A stretch of DNA of 64,000 bases from Acidobacteriota bacterium (GTDB lineage: Bacteria; Acidobacteriota; Vicinamibacteria; Vicinamibacterales; UBA2999), in the NCBI GenBank assembly GCA_016192845.1, contig JACPTI010000077.1, forward strand, positions 14,080 to 78,079. The letters are read 5' to 3'. Under the pieces are notes generated by a model, which had not been told where the DNA came from, did no database searches, and saw only the letters and a program-made list of their open reading frames with translations. Positions 10,101 through 18,887 of this stretch are shown here, in pieces (the first letter of the stretch is position 1; every line of letters begins with the position of its first letter). The position numbers and the translations under genes were made by a program.

Positions 10101-11858
10101 TCAGCGGCCGGCGAGGCCCCCGCGGGGTTCCACCGCATACGCCCGCGCCGCCGGCTGGACCCCGGCGGCCCTGTCGCCGGCCTCCATCACGAAAGGCCGC
10201 CTGCTCAAGATACCGTTGCAGATTGTATCCAGTCCGCCGGAGGCGCCGGGCAGGAGCTGCGCCAGCCGCTCCAGCCGCAGCCGGTAGATGGGAAACCCCG
10301 CCTTTGGATCGATGAACGGCAGCGGAATCATGCGATTGAAGAAGAAGTGGTAGGCGTAACGCCGGGCGCGCGCCAGCTGCGTCCCGTCGAGCCGACCCGG
10401 GAAAGGCAGCCGCGCCAGGATCCTGAAGTATTCCGCCGGCGAGCTGGCGTCGTCGGTGAGGCCCTTGCTCCGGATCCACGCCTCGCCGGCCACGATGACC
10501 GGCAGCCCGATGCTGGTGAGCTCCACGCCCATCTTGGTCCCATAGATGATCGCCGCATTGCACAGCGACATGAGCGCGTAGGTGCTCATGCCGCTCTCGG
10601 GCGGCACGACGAGGATGTTCGGCGCCAGCTGCGGGAGGCGCCTTCGAAGCTCGGCGAGCACGGGCTGGCGCGACGGCGGAAACCCGCTGATCTCCGCCGG
10701 GTGCACGCGAACGAGCAGCTGCAGGTCCGGGCGCGTGGCGAAGTACTCGCACGTCTGCACGAGCCATTCGAGCATGCCGGGGAACGCGTTCGCGGGATAG
10801 TGGAGCTGCGCGTCCCACGTCACGTTCGTCAGCAGGCCGATGACCGGCTTCGACCGATCCAGGCCGAGGCGCCGGGCGATCTCCTCCGGGTCCTGGCGGC
10901 GCGGCCGGTGGAACACGATCCAGTCGAACAGGCCGTCGCGGCGGCTCGACAGATATTTCGTCAACTCGCGATCCTGGGCGGGTGACAGCTCCAGCCGCTC
11001 CCAGTGCTCGCGCGGCTCGGTCATCAGCGTGTGATGGTACGTGTCGTCATGGCTGAAGATGAATCGCCGCTTCCGGTACGCCACGTTCCAGGTGACGACG
11101 TGCACGCCTTCGCGGCGCGCCACCTCGCCGACGATGCCCCAGGGCACGTAGATGCCGTGGGTCAGGACGGCCGACGAGAACGCGACGGCGCGCAGCAGGC
11201 GCCGCGACGCGAACGCCGTCAGGAGCGCCGACTCGAGATAGCGCCGGAGCACCGGCTCCGCTTCCCGCTCCGCGTCGAGCGAGCCGGCCGCAAAGAAGCG
11301 CAATGCGCCGGCGTACGCGTGCTCCCCGATCGCCAGATCGTCGAGCGTCAGTGCCCGAATCGACTCGCGCGGCACGCTGGAAGCGAGGCGGCGCGCCTCG
11401 GCCCGATCGTCCGGGGTGAGCCACTCCGAGTACCGGTGGACCTTGAGGCCGAGCTGCGCGTAGACGCGTTCGGCCGGCCACGTGCAGTCGCGGCAGAGAT
11501 CGCGGCTCGGGCCGTGCTCCACGAATCTGGAGACGTCGGGATAGAGCGACGCGTCGCATTCCGCGCACGCCGTCATCGCGCCGTCGCAGAGCAGCGCGTG
11601 GACCTCGGCGCCGCGGAGCGTGAGCGCGGCGGCCAGCGCGCTTTCGAGCGTGATCGCGTGCGCGTGGGAGCCGATCGCGGTCGCCATCAGCACGCGCGGG
11701 CCGCCCGGGGCGGCCGCGCGGGCCGCCGCCCAGCGCGCCGGGTCGGCCGCCAGGACCGCACGCCAGTCCGGGTAGGCGTCGAACCGCGCGTGATACCAGC
11801 GCCGGGCCAGGCGGGTCGCACGCCACAGGCGGGGGAATTTTCGAATTGCGTGCTTCAT
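10101..11858 (-). CDS. Capsule polysaccharide synthesis/modification protein (KpsS/Capsule_synth-like GT-B) with N-terminal Cys cluster
   Basis: LLTNVTWDAQ, LLVRVHPAE, GTKMGVE, G.PVIVAG. N-terminal LCDG..TACAECD..LCRDC. Start at MKHAI. Confidence 0.7.
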   Translation of the reverse strand: MKHAIRKFPRLWRATRLARRWYHARFDAYPDWRAVLAADPARWAAARAAAPGGPRVLMATAIGSHAHAITLESALAAALTLRGAEVHALLCDGAMTACAECDASLYPDVSRFVEHGPSRDLCRDCTWPAERVYAQLGLKVHRYSEWLTPDDRAEARRLASSVPRESIRALTLDDLAIGEHAYAGALRFFAAGSLDAEREAEPVLRRYLESALLTAFASRRLLRAVAFSSAVLTHGIYVPWGIVGEVARREGVHVVTWNVAYRKRRFIFSHDDTYHHTLMTEPREHWERLELSPAQDRELTKYLSSRRDGLFDWIVFHRPRRQDPEEIARRLGLDRSKPVIGLLTNVTWDAQLHYPANAFPGMLEWLVQTCEYFATRPDLQLLVRVHPAEISGFPPSRQPVLAELRRRLPQLAPNILVVPPESGMSTYALMSLCNAAIIYGTKMGVELTSIGLPVIVAGEAWIRSKGLTDDASSPAEYFRILARLPFPGRLDGTQLARARRYAYHFFFNRMIPLPFIDPKAGFPIYRLRLERLAQLLPGASGGLDTICNGILSRRPFVMEAGDRAAGVQPAARAYAVEPRGGLAGR

Positions 11859-11863
11859 AGAAT

Positions 11864-11945
11864 CAGGAGGAAGGAGACAGGAGGCAGGAGACAGAAGGAG
11901 ATTCACGAACGTTCTATCTCCTGCCTCCTGCCTCCTTCCTCCTAC
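11864..11945. repeat. Heptamer tandem array with inverted arms (AGGAGRC)n / (CTCCTGC)n
   Basis: caggagg aaggaga caggagg caggaga cagaagg, spacer, then ctcctgc ctcctgc ctccttc ctcctac. The right arm encodes the C-terminus of the HAD gene. Confidence 0.85.
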
Positions 11946-12633
11946 GCGCCGTGGATCGTTCGCCGTCGATGAGGGCGACGAACTCCTCCACCGCCGGCAG
12001 CTCCTCGAACGCGCGCCAGGGATCATACGCCTGCAGCTCCTCGAGCGTGTAGCCGCCGGTGGCGACCGCAATCGTGCGGGCGCCGATCGCCCCGGCGCAT
12101 TCGATGTCGTGCGGCGTGTCGCCGATGACAAAGATTCTATCCTCGGCGACCGGGGCGGCGCGGCGCGCCAGCTGCAGCGCACGCGCCGCAATCGCCGACC
12201 GTGCCCCGGCGTCTTCGGCAAACGCGCCGTCGGCAAAGTACTCCATCAACCCGAAATAGGTGAGCTTGGCGCGCGCGCCGCCGCGCGTATTGCCTGTCAG
12301 CAGGTACGAGCGGACGTCCGGCCGGTCGCGCAGGTGTTCGAGAATCTCGCGCACGTTGGGGAGCACGTACCCGGCCTTGCGCGGGAGGCTCGCCGGCAGC
12401 AGCTCCTCGTACCGCCGCACGAGCTGCTCGATGAGGTCCGCGTCGGGCGCGATTCCCAGCAGCTCGAACGTCTTCGCGGCAATCTGGTAGTCGGTGAGCC
12501 CCGCCGTACGCACTTCCACCTTGAGGTCGAACTGGCGGCCGGTCAGCTCCTTGACCGAGTCGCTCCACGCGTACATGCCGGCCCGGCGCGTCGTGATGAG
12601 CGTGCCATCGATGTCCCAGAACAGGACCGTCAT
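11914..12633 (-). CDS. HAD-superfamily phosphatase
   Basis: Motif I LFWDIDGTL, motif II LLTGN, motif IV VIGDTPHDI. Confidence 0.9.
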   Translation of the reverse strand: MTVLFWDIDGTLITTRRAGMYAWSDSVKELTGRQFDLKVEVRTAGLTDYQIAAKTFELLGIAPDADLIEQLVRRYEELLPASLPRKAGYVLPNVREILEHLRDRPDVRSYLLTGNTRGGARAKLTYFGLMEYFADGAFAEDAGARSAIAARALQLARRAAPVAEDRIFVIGDTPHDIECAGAIGARTIAVATGGYTLEELQAYDPWRAFEELPAVEEFVALIDGERSTARRRKEAGGRR

Positions 12634-14600
12634 ACGAGCTGAGACACCCCCGGGCGAGGCCGCCGCTCGACGGCGCCGCGGAACGCGCGTGCGAGCGACG
12701 CAATATCGAGCCCATGATGGGCCAGCACCTCGTCATTGGTGCCGCACTCCGGAAGCTCGGTGACGCCCACCCGCGTGACGCTCACGGGTGGATCGAGCGC
12801 GAGCTCCGCGAGCGCGGCGGCAATCATCTCGCCCTGCCCGCCCCGCACGTAGTGGTTGTCGAGCGTCACGACGGCGCGGCGGCGTCCGATGGTGTCCGCC
12901 AGCCACCCGGGATCGAGCCTGTTGAGCCACGGCAGGTTCACGAGGCGCGTGGTGGCGCCGGTCGCCTGTTTCAGCTCCTCGGCGGCCTGCCAGGCGTTCG
13001 ACAGCAGCCACGGCCCGTAGCCGAAGACGACGAGGTCCTCGCCGTCCCCGACAACCCACCCCCTGCCCGGCCGCACCGGCTGCCCCGCGGGATAGCAGAA
13101 CGGCACCGGCCATTTGACGGAAACGAGCCGCAGGTACGCGCTTTCGCCGGCGGTATGGACGAAGTACTCCACCAGCGCGTGCACTTCGGCTTCCAGGCAC
13201 GGTTCGGCCATCAGCAGATGCGGCACCGACGCCAGCGCCGCGATGTCGCGAACCGACTGGTGTGAATGACCGGGACCGCCCGGCAGCAGGCCCGCCAGCG
13301 ATCCGACGTAGATCACCTTCGAGCCCTCGCTGCACTGGTTGTAGATCTGCTCGTTCGGCCGCGCCGCGAGAAAGCAGGCGAACGAGTGCGCGACCGGCAG
13401 CGCGCCGCGCCGCGCCATGCCGCAGGCCATCGAGACCATGTCCTGCTCGGCGATGCCGCATTCGATGAACCGCTCCGGGTACTTCTGCGCGAACGGGACC
13501 AGTCCGCAGTCCTTGACCAGATCGGCGTCGAGCACGACCAGACGTGGATGCCGATCGCCCTGGTGCAGGAGCGCATCGCGGTACGCGGCAATCAGGTTCT
13601 CGGTGACGCGCGGCTCGCGTCGCGCCGGCCGCTGTCCGGCGACCGTTGCGAGCGCGCCGAGCCCCGCGTCCCTGAAGAGCTGCGCGGCGCGCGCGACGAG
13701 CTCCTGCGAGCCGCGGGCGTACTCGTCCTCGGTCGGCGCACCGGAATGATAGGCGTACAGCTCACCTTCCTTGAGCGCCGAGCCCTCCATGAACGAGACG
13801 CCCTTCCCCTTGACCGTGTCGGCAACGATCGCCTTGGGCCGGTCGCTGATGCGATCCAGGCTCCGGAACGCCGCCTGGAGCGCGGACATGTCGTGCCCGT
13901 CGCACCGGGCCACGTGCCAGCCGAACGCCCGGAGCTTCGCCTCGAGATCGCCGAGATCGCTCACCTGCGCCACCCAGGTGTCGGACTGGATCTTGTTGTG
14001 GTCGATGACGACGACGATCTCGCCCAGCCGATCGCGCGCGGCCGAGGCGAGCGACTCCCAGAACTGCCCTTCCTGCAGCTCGCCGTCGCCGGTAAGCGCG
14101 AAGATGCGGCGGGGACGCCCGGCGAGGCGGTTCGCCATCGCCATCCCTTTCGCCTTCGACACGCCCATGCCGAGCGAGCCGGTGTTCGCCTGGATGTACG
14201 GCGTCTCGACGTGCGGGTGCCCCGGCAGCCCGTGCAGCCGGCGCAGCGCGTCGACCTTGTCCTCCGGCAGCAGGCCGAGTCCGATCAGCACGGCGTACAG
14301 CGCGGGCGCGTCGTGCCCCTTGGACGAGAAAAAGATGTCGCACGCCTCCGGCCCTCTGTCGAGGTCGCGGAGCTCGTTCAGAAACAGCCAGCTCATGATG
14401 TCGAGCGAGCTGAAGCTCGTGCCGATGTGCCCCGACCACGCGCGGGCGATCATGTAGAGCACGTTGATCCGCGCCAGCGCCGCGAACACCGCCGCGGTCT
14501 GCGCTGCCGGAAGCTTCGCGCCGAGGACGCGGCGGAACTCCGAGACGGGGACGCGGACGAGCTCGTCGCTCGTTACCTGATCGAGTTGCTGTTCGCCCAT
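12630..14600 (-). CDS. Transketolase-family ThDP enzyme (N- and C-terminal halves fused)
   Basis: GHIGTSFS, SKGH, TGSLGMG, GDGELQEGQFWE..N ThDP motif, TVKGKG, GIAEQDM, GHSHQ. Confidence 0.9.
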   Translation of the reverse strand: MGEQQLDQVTSDELVRVPVSEFRRVLGAKLPAAQTAAVFAALARINVLYMIARAWSGHIGTSFSSLDIMSWLFLNELRDLDRGPEACDIFFSSKGHDAPALYAVLIGLGLLPEDKVDALRRLHGLPGHPHVETPYIQANTGSLGMGVSKAKGMAMANRLAGRPRRIFALTGDGELQEGQFWESLASAARDRLGEIVVVIDHNKIQSDTWVAQVSDLGDLEAKLRAFGWHVARCDGHDMSALQAAFRSLDRISDRPKAIVADTVKGKGVSFMEGSALKEGELYAYHSGAPTEDEYARGSQELVARAAQLFRDAGLGALATVAGQRPARREPRVTENLIAAYRDALLHQGDRHPRLVVLDADLVKDCGLVPFAQKYPERFIECGIAEQDMVSMACGMARRGALPVAHSFACFLAARPNEQIYNQCSEGSKVIYVGSLAGLLPGGPGHSHQSVRDIAALASVPHLLMAEPCLEAEVHALVEYFVHTAGESAYLRLVSVKWPVPFCYPAGQPVRPGRGWVVGDGEDLVVFGYGPWLLSNAWQAAEELKQATGATTRLVNLPWLNRLDPGWLADTIGRRRAVVTLDNHYVRGGQGEMIAAALAELALDPPVSVTRVGVTELPECGTNDEVLAHHGLDIASLARAFRGAVERRPRPGVSQLV

Positions 14601-15409
14601 TCTGCCTCGTAGGGGGCCTGCGGCACCGGCGGCAACACGACCTCACCCTCGGCGATCAGGCGTTCGGCGACGATCCAGTCGTGCCGGTCGTTGATGTCGA
14701 ACCCCTCGTACCCCTCCGTGAAGAACGGCACGAGCACGTCGCCGGCGATCGTGCGCCGCTCGACGACGACGCGCGTCCAGGCGATCTCGAGGGATGCGTT
14801 CTGGACGTACACCGGGGGGAGTGCCTGGTACGGCGTACTGTGCCACGGCCGTCCGCCTTCGCCGCCCGACGGCTTCGGCGAGACAGGTCCGCTTTCGGTG
14901 CGCGGCAGCTCCGGCGAGACAAACCCCTCCGACAGCAGCGGCGTCATCCGGTCGCCGTTCACGATCCACATCTTGCCCGGATGCTGGCCGCACTTCTCCA
15001 CCGCCCGCAGCGAGTCGACGCCCTCCTGTGCGAGGAACCGCGCCCATGCGCGGCGGATCGTGGCGGCGGTGCGGAACGGGCTGGTCGGACGCAGGAGGCT
15101 GAAGCAGTCCCACGTGCGCCCGCAGCGCGCGAGCTCGGCGAGCGTGTACTCCACCCACTCGATGTCCGGCGACGTATCGCCGGCGAACTCCGCCGGCCGC
15201 AGGAACGGGACCTCCGCGCCGTAGTGCCTGGCGATCGCGGCGGTCTCCTCCGAGTCGGTCGAAACGATCACCGATTCGAAGATGCCGCTCGCGAGCGCCG
15301 GCGCGATCGTATAGGCGATGATCGGATGCGCTCCGAGCCGCCGTACGTTCTTGCCCGGTACCCGTTTCGAACCGTGGCGTGCGGGAACGAGCGCGACCGC
15401 GCAGGGCAT
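14573..15409 (-). CDS. neuA: Acylneuraminate (CMP-ulosonate) cytidylyltransferase, copy 1
   Basis: PARHGSKRVPGKN, VSTDS, PFLRP, LRPTSPFR, DIND..D. Carries a 24-aa repeat-derived insert. Confidence 0.88.
   Translation of the reverse strand: MPCAVALVPARHGSKRVPGKNVRRLGAHPIIAYTIAPALASGIFESVIVSTDSEETAAIARHYGAEVPFLRPAEFAGDTSPDIEWVEYTLAELARCGRTWDCFSLLRPTSPFRTAATIRRAWARFLAQEGVDSLRAVEKCGQHPGKMWIVNGDRMTPLLSEGFVSPELPRTESGPVSPKPSGGEGGRPWHSTPYQALPPVYVQNASLEIAWTRVVVERRTIAGDVLVPFFTEGYEGFDINDRHDWIVAERLIAEGEVVLPPVPQAPYEAEWANSNSIR
14851..14922. repeat. Two tandem 36-bp palindromic units inserted in frame in neuA
   Basis: GTCCGCCTTCGCCGCCCGACGGCTTCGGCGAGACAG (14851-14886) and GTCCGCTTTCGGTGCGCGGCAGCTCCGGCGAGACAA (14887-14922). 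Confidence 0.8.
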
Positions 15410-16914
15410 CAGACCTGAGCCGGGTTGTGGTTGATATAGACCGTTTTCAGATCCGAGTACACATCGAGCGCCTGCGTTCCGGCTTCCCGCCAGCCGTTGC
15501 CCGACTGCCGCAGCCCGCCGAACGGCAGGTGGGGCTCGCTGCCGTAGGTACCGCCGTTGACGGACGCGACGCCCGACTGAATCCGGCCGATGAACGCCAT
15601 CGCGCGGTTGAGGTTCTGCGTGTGAATCGACGCGGTCAGGCCGAACGGCGAGTCGTTGGCGAGCGCGATCGCCTCTTCGAAGTCCTTGACGCGATACAGG
15701 CAGGTGATCGGGCCGAACAGTTCGGTCCTCGAGATCTCGTCGTTCGGCCCGACGTGCTCGATGATCGTCGGCGCCACGAAGAAGCCGTTGCCGTACCGCT
15801 CACCCGTCAGCCGGTGGCCCCCCGTGAGCACGACCGCGCCGGCGGCTCTCGCCCGCTCGACGGAGGCGAGCATCGACGTCATCTGTGCCTCGTTGATCAC
15901 CGGGCCGTAGTCGTCGGTGTCGGCGGTGCCGACCTTCAGCTTCTTCGCCGCGTCGACGAACATCTGCCTGAAGCGGTCGTACACCGCATCGAAGACGATG
16001 ATCCGGCTGCCGGCGGCGCACCGCTGTCCCGCGTTGCTGAAGGCGGAGCCGAGCGCCCAGGTCACCGCGTTCTGCAGATCGGCGTCGTCGCAGACGATGA
16101 GCGGATTCTTGCCGCCCAGCTCCAGGCACGTTTTCGCCAGGCGGCGTCCCGCCGTCTCGGCAATCCAGCGGCCGACCTCGCACGAACCGGTAAAGCTGAT
16201 CACCGCGACGTCGGGATGCTCGACGAGCGGCGCGCCGGCTTCCTCGCCGAACCCGTGCAGCGTGGTGTAAACGCCGTCGGGCACGCCCGCTTCGCGCGCC
16301 AGCACGCCGAACGCCCAGGCCGACAGCGGCGTGTCCTCGGCGGCCTTCAGGATGGCGGCGTTGCCGCAGAGCAGCGCGGGAAACGCCTTCCAGGCGACGT
16401 TGGCAATCGGCGTGTTGGCCGCAATGATGAGGCCCGCGACGCCGAGCGGCTGCCGCACGACCATCGCTGCCTTGTTCGGCACGGCGCTCGTCGTTGTCTG
16501 CCCGTAGAAGCGGCGTCCCTCGCCGGCGACGAAGAAGCCCATTTCGATGGCGGCATCGGTCTCGCCGAGCGCGTCCTTTCGCGATTTGCCCGTCTCTCGG
16601 GCGACGAGCTCGGCGATGGCGGATCGGCGCTCGCGCATGAGGAGCGCAATCTGGCGCAGGATCTCGCCGCGCCGGACCACGGTGGCCCCCGCCCAGGCGG
16701 GCTGGGCGGCCTTGGCGATCCCGACCGCCACGCGCACATCGTCGGCCGTCGAACGGACGACGCGGCAGATGGTGCGCCCCGTGGCCGGATCGATCTTCTC
16801 GAACGTGCGGCCGCCGACGGCGAGGGCATCGTGCCCGCCGATGTGGTTTGGAATCACCGACGGAATGGCGCCGACGTCGTTGTGCGCCGGCTGCGTGGCG
16901 AGCGAGACGGTCAT
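15409..16914 (-). CDS. Aldehyde dehydrogenase family protein
   Basis: ETGK, SFTGS..VG, LELGGKNP, NAGQRC (catalytic Cys), ELFGP, PFGG..QSG.GWRE. Start at MTVSL. Confidence 0.93.
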   Translation of the reverse strand: MTVSLATQPAHNDVGAIPSVIPNHIGGHDALAVGGRTFEKIDPATGRTICRVVRSTADDVRVAVGIAKAAQPAWAGATVVRRGEILRQIALLMRERRSAIAELVARETGKSRKDALGETDAAIEMGFFVAGEGRRFYGQTTTSAVPNKAAMVVRQPLGVAGLIIAANTPIANVAWKAFPALLCGNAAILKAAEDTPLSAWAFGVLAREAGVPDGVYTTLHGFGEEAGAPLVEHPDVAVISFTGSCEVGRWIAETAGRRLAKTCLELGGKNPLIVCDDADLQNAVTWALGSAFSNAGQRCAAGSRIIVFDAVYDRFRQMFVDAAKKLKVGTADTDDYGPVINEAQMTSMLASVERARAAGAVVLTGGHRLTGERYGNGFFVAPTIIEHVGPNDEISRTELFGPITCLYRVKDFEEAIALANDSPFGLTASIHTQNLNRAMAFIGRIQSGVASVNGGTYGSEPHLPFGGLRQSGNGWREAGTQALDVYSDLKTVYINHNPAQV

Positions 16915-16920
16915 CGGTAC

Positions 16921-16926
16921 ATCATA
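16921..16926 (-). promoter_or_regulatory. Putative -10 element (TATGAT) 6 nt upstream of the ALDH ATG, suggesting a leaderless transcript
   Basis: Minus strand reads CAG-TATGAT-GTACCG-ATG. No SD sequence next to the ATG. Confidence 0.4.
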
Positions 16927-16990
16927 CTGGCGCGCGGCGTGCGGCGACGCTCTTCCCCTTTCTATCGCGCCTATCGCGCGGCCGCGCCCG

Positions 16991-17803
16991 CTACCACGCC
17001 GTGAAACCGCCGTCGACGCGCAGCTCGTGTCCGGTGACGTACGCCGACGCGCGCGACGCAAGAAACAGGAGCGGCCCTTTCAGGTCGTCGGGCTGGGCCA
17101 TCCGGCCGAGCGGCACCCGCGCCGCGTACTTCGCCAGGAACCGCTCGTCCTGCCCGCCCAGAACCCCCCCGGGTGAGAGCGCGTTGACGCGGACGCCGCG
17201 CGAGCCCCACAGGGTCGCGAAGTATTTTGTCATGTTGACGAGGGCTGCTTTCGAGGCCCCGTAGGCGGGCGACTTGAGGAACGGCAGATGGCCCGGCAGG
17301 TGATCGTAGAGCCGCTGGTCGGGCGACACCGACGCGTACAGCGATCCGATGTTGACGATCGAACCTTCCCCGCGCGCCGCCATGCGGCCCCCGACGACCT
17401 GGGTCACCTGGAACGTCCCGAGGAGGTTCACCTCGACCATCCGCCGGAACTGCTCGATCGACAGATCCTCGATGCGCGTGCGGTTGGCGCCCGCATCGGG
17501 CGGCTGATCGATCCCCGCGTTGTTGACGAGCACCGACGGCTCGCCCAGCCGGCCGATGACCTCCTCGAGGGCGCTCTCAATCGACCGCCGGTCGGTCACG
17601 TCGCAGTCAACGCGGCTCATCCGATCGCCCGCCCGGTCCGCCAACGCCTTGTAGGCGGCCGAAACGGGCGCGCCGGCCAGCTCGAGCGCCGCGACGCGGG
17701 CACCGGCGTCGACGAGCGCCTCGGCCCAGACCGGCCCCAGCCTGCCGCAGGCGCCGGTCACGATCGCGGTCTGGTTGTCGAGTCGGAAGGAGCCGTCGCT
17801 CAC
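16991..17803 (-). CDS. Short-chain dehydrogenase/reductase
   Basis: VTGACGRLG, LVNNAG, NIGSLY, YGASK, RVNALSPGG, VDGGFTAW. Confidence 0.92.
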   Translation of the reverse strand: MSDGSFRLDNQTAIVTGACGRLGPVWAEALVDAGARVAALELAGAPVSAAYKALADRAGDRMSRVDCDVTDRRSIESALEEVIGRLGEPSVLVNNAGIDQPPDAGANRTRIEDLSIEQFRRMVEVNLLGTFQVTQVVGGRMAARGEGSIVNIGSLYASVSPDQRLYDHLPGHLPFLKSPAYGASKAALVNMTKYFATLWGSRGVRVNALSPGGVLGGQDERFLAKYAARVPLGRMAQPDDLKGPLLFLASRASAYVTGHELRVDGGFTAW

Positions 17804-18876
17804 GAACGCGCGAGCTCGGGGTTCGGCTCGCTGAGCACTTCGAACGACAGGAAGTCGTCTTCGTAGAGCGCCTTCACCGTCATGCGGCCGAGTACCTTGT
17901 CGAGCTCATAGGGCGGAATGCCTCCGCCGGGAGACTTCATGACGATGTCCGCCGGGCCGAGGATGTGTCCAGGCGGAAGGTCGCGCGCCACGACCAGGCT
18001 CTTGCCCATCTTGATGATCGGCGCCTTTTCGCTCTCGTAGATCTTCTTCACGCCGTCGCCGAGCGCCCGGTACGTGCGCTCGAGGTCGCGCACCATCTTG
18101 CGCAGTCCGACCGGCTCCAGCGAGAACGCATGGTCGGTCCCCTTCATCGCGCGATTCAGCGTGAAGTGCTTCTCGACGATCCGCGCGCCGAGCACGTAGG
18201 CCGCCACCGGCATCGCGATCCCGTTGTCATGGCCGGAATAGCCGATCACCGCGCCGGGGAACCGCTCGCGGTACTGCTCCACCACCCGCAGGTCCAACTC
18301 CTCGAACGCCGCCGGGTACCCTGCCGTGCACTGCAGGATTGCCAGCTGCGGGTTGATCGGCATGATCGTGTCGTAGGCGCGCTGCACGTCTTCGATGAGC
18401 GCGCCGCCCGTCGAGAGGATCATGGGCTTGCCGAACCGGGCCACGTGCTCGAGCAGCGGGGTGCTCTTGAGGTCGCCCGAGGCGATCTTGTACGCCGGCA
18501 GGTCGAGCGCCGCCAGGAAGTCGGCGCTCGCCATGTCGAAGGCGGTCGCGAAAAACTCGATCTCGAGCTCCCGGGCGTACCGCTGTAGTTCCTGGTATTC
18601 CTTCAGGCCGAATTCGAGGAACTCGCGGTGCTCCCCGTACGTGGCGCCAAAGCTGTTCTCGTTGTCGTACGGCTTGTTGTACGCGGCGCGCGTGTAGAGG
18701 CCGCGGTTGTCGCGCTTCTGCAGCTTGACTGCATGCGCGCCGGCCAGCTTCGCCTCGCGGAACAGCTCGCGCGCCTTCTGCAGGCTCCCCTGATGGTTGT
18801 GGCCGATCTCCGCGATGACGTAGCACGGCGTGTGACCGCCGATTTCATGCCGCCCGATTCTCAGCGTTCCTGCCAA
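17800..18876 (-). CDS. neuB: N-acetylneuraminate synthase family (NeuB/SpsE), copy 1, KLQKR type, with SAF domain
   Basis: IAEIGHNHQG, KLQKR, KIASGD, LSTG, QCTAGYP, GYSGHDNG, EKHFTL..GTDH. TTG start at 18876 with AGGAG SD. Confidence 0.92.
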   Translation of the reverse strand: MAGTLRIGRHEIGGHTPCYVIAEIGHNHQGSLQKARELFREAKLAGAHAVKLQKRDNRGLYTRAAYNKPYDNENSFGATYGEHREFLEFGLKEYQELQRYARELEIEFFATAFDMASADFLAALDLPAYKIASGDLKSTPLLEHVARFGKPMILSTGGALIEDVQRAYDTIMPINPQLAILQCTAGYPAAFEELDLRVVEQYRERFPGAVIGYSGHDNGIAMPVAAYVLGARIVEKHFTLNRAMKGTDHAFSLEPVGLRKMVRDLERTYRALGDGVKKIYESEKAPIIKMGKSLVVARDLPPGHILGPADIVMKSPGGGIPPYELDKVLGRMTVKALYEDDFLSFEVLSEPNPELARS

Positions 18877-18887
18877 GGTTCCCGCTC

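Noticed and set aside
12630-14600. Transketolase as the housekeeping tkt or dxs
   Set aside because: It is translationally coupled to neuA and HAD inside a glycan cassette and looks like the fused two-subunit type, so no gene symbol was assigned.
14851-14922. 36-bp repeat pair as a mini CRISPR array
   Set aside because: The units are directly adjacent with no spacer, lie inside a CDS, and no cas genes are present.
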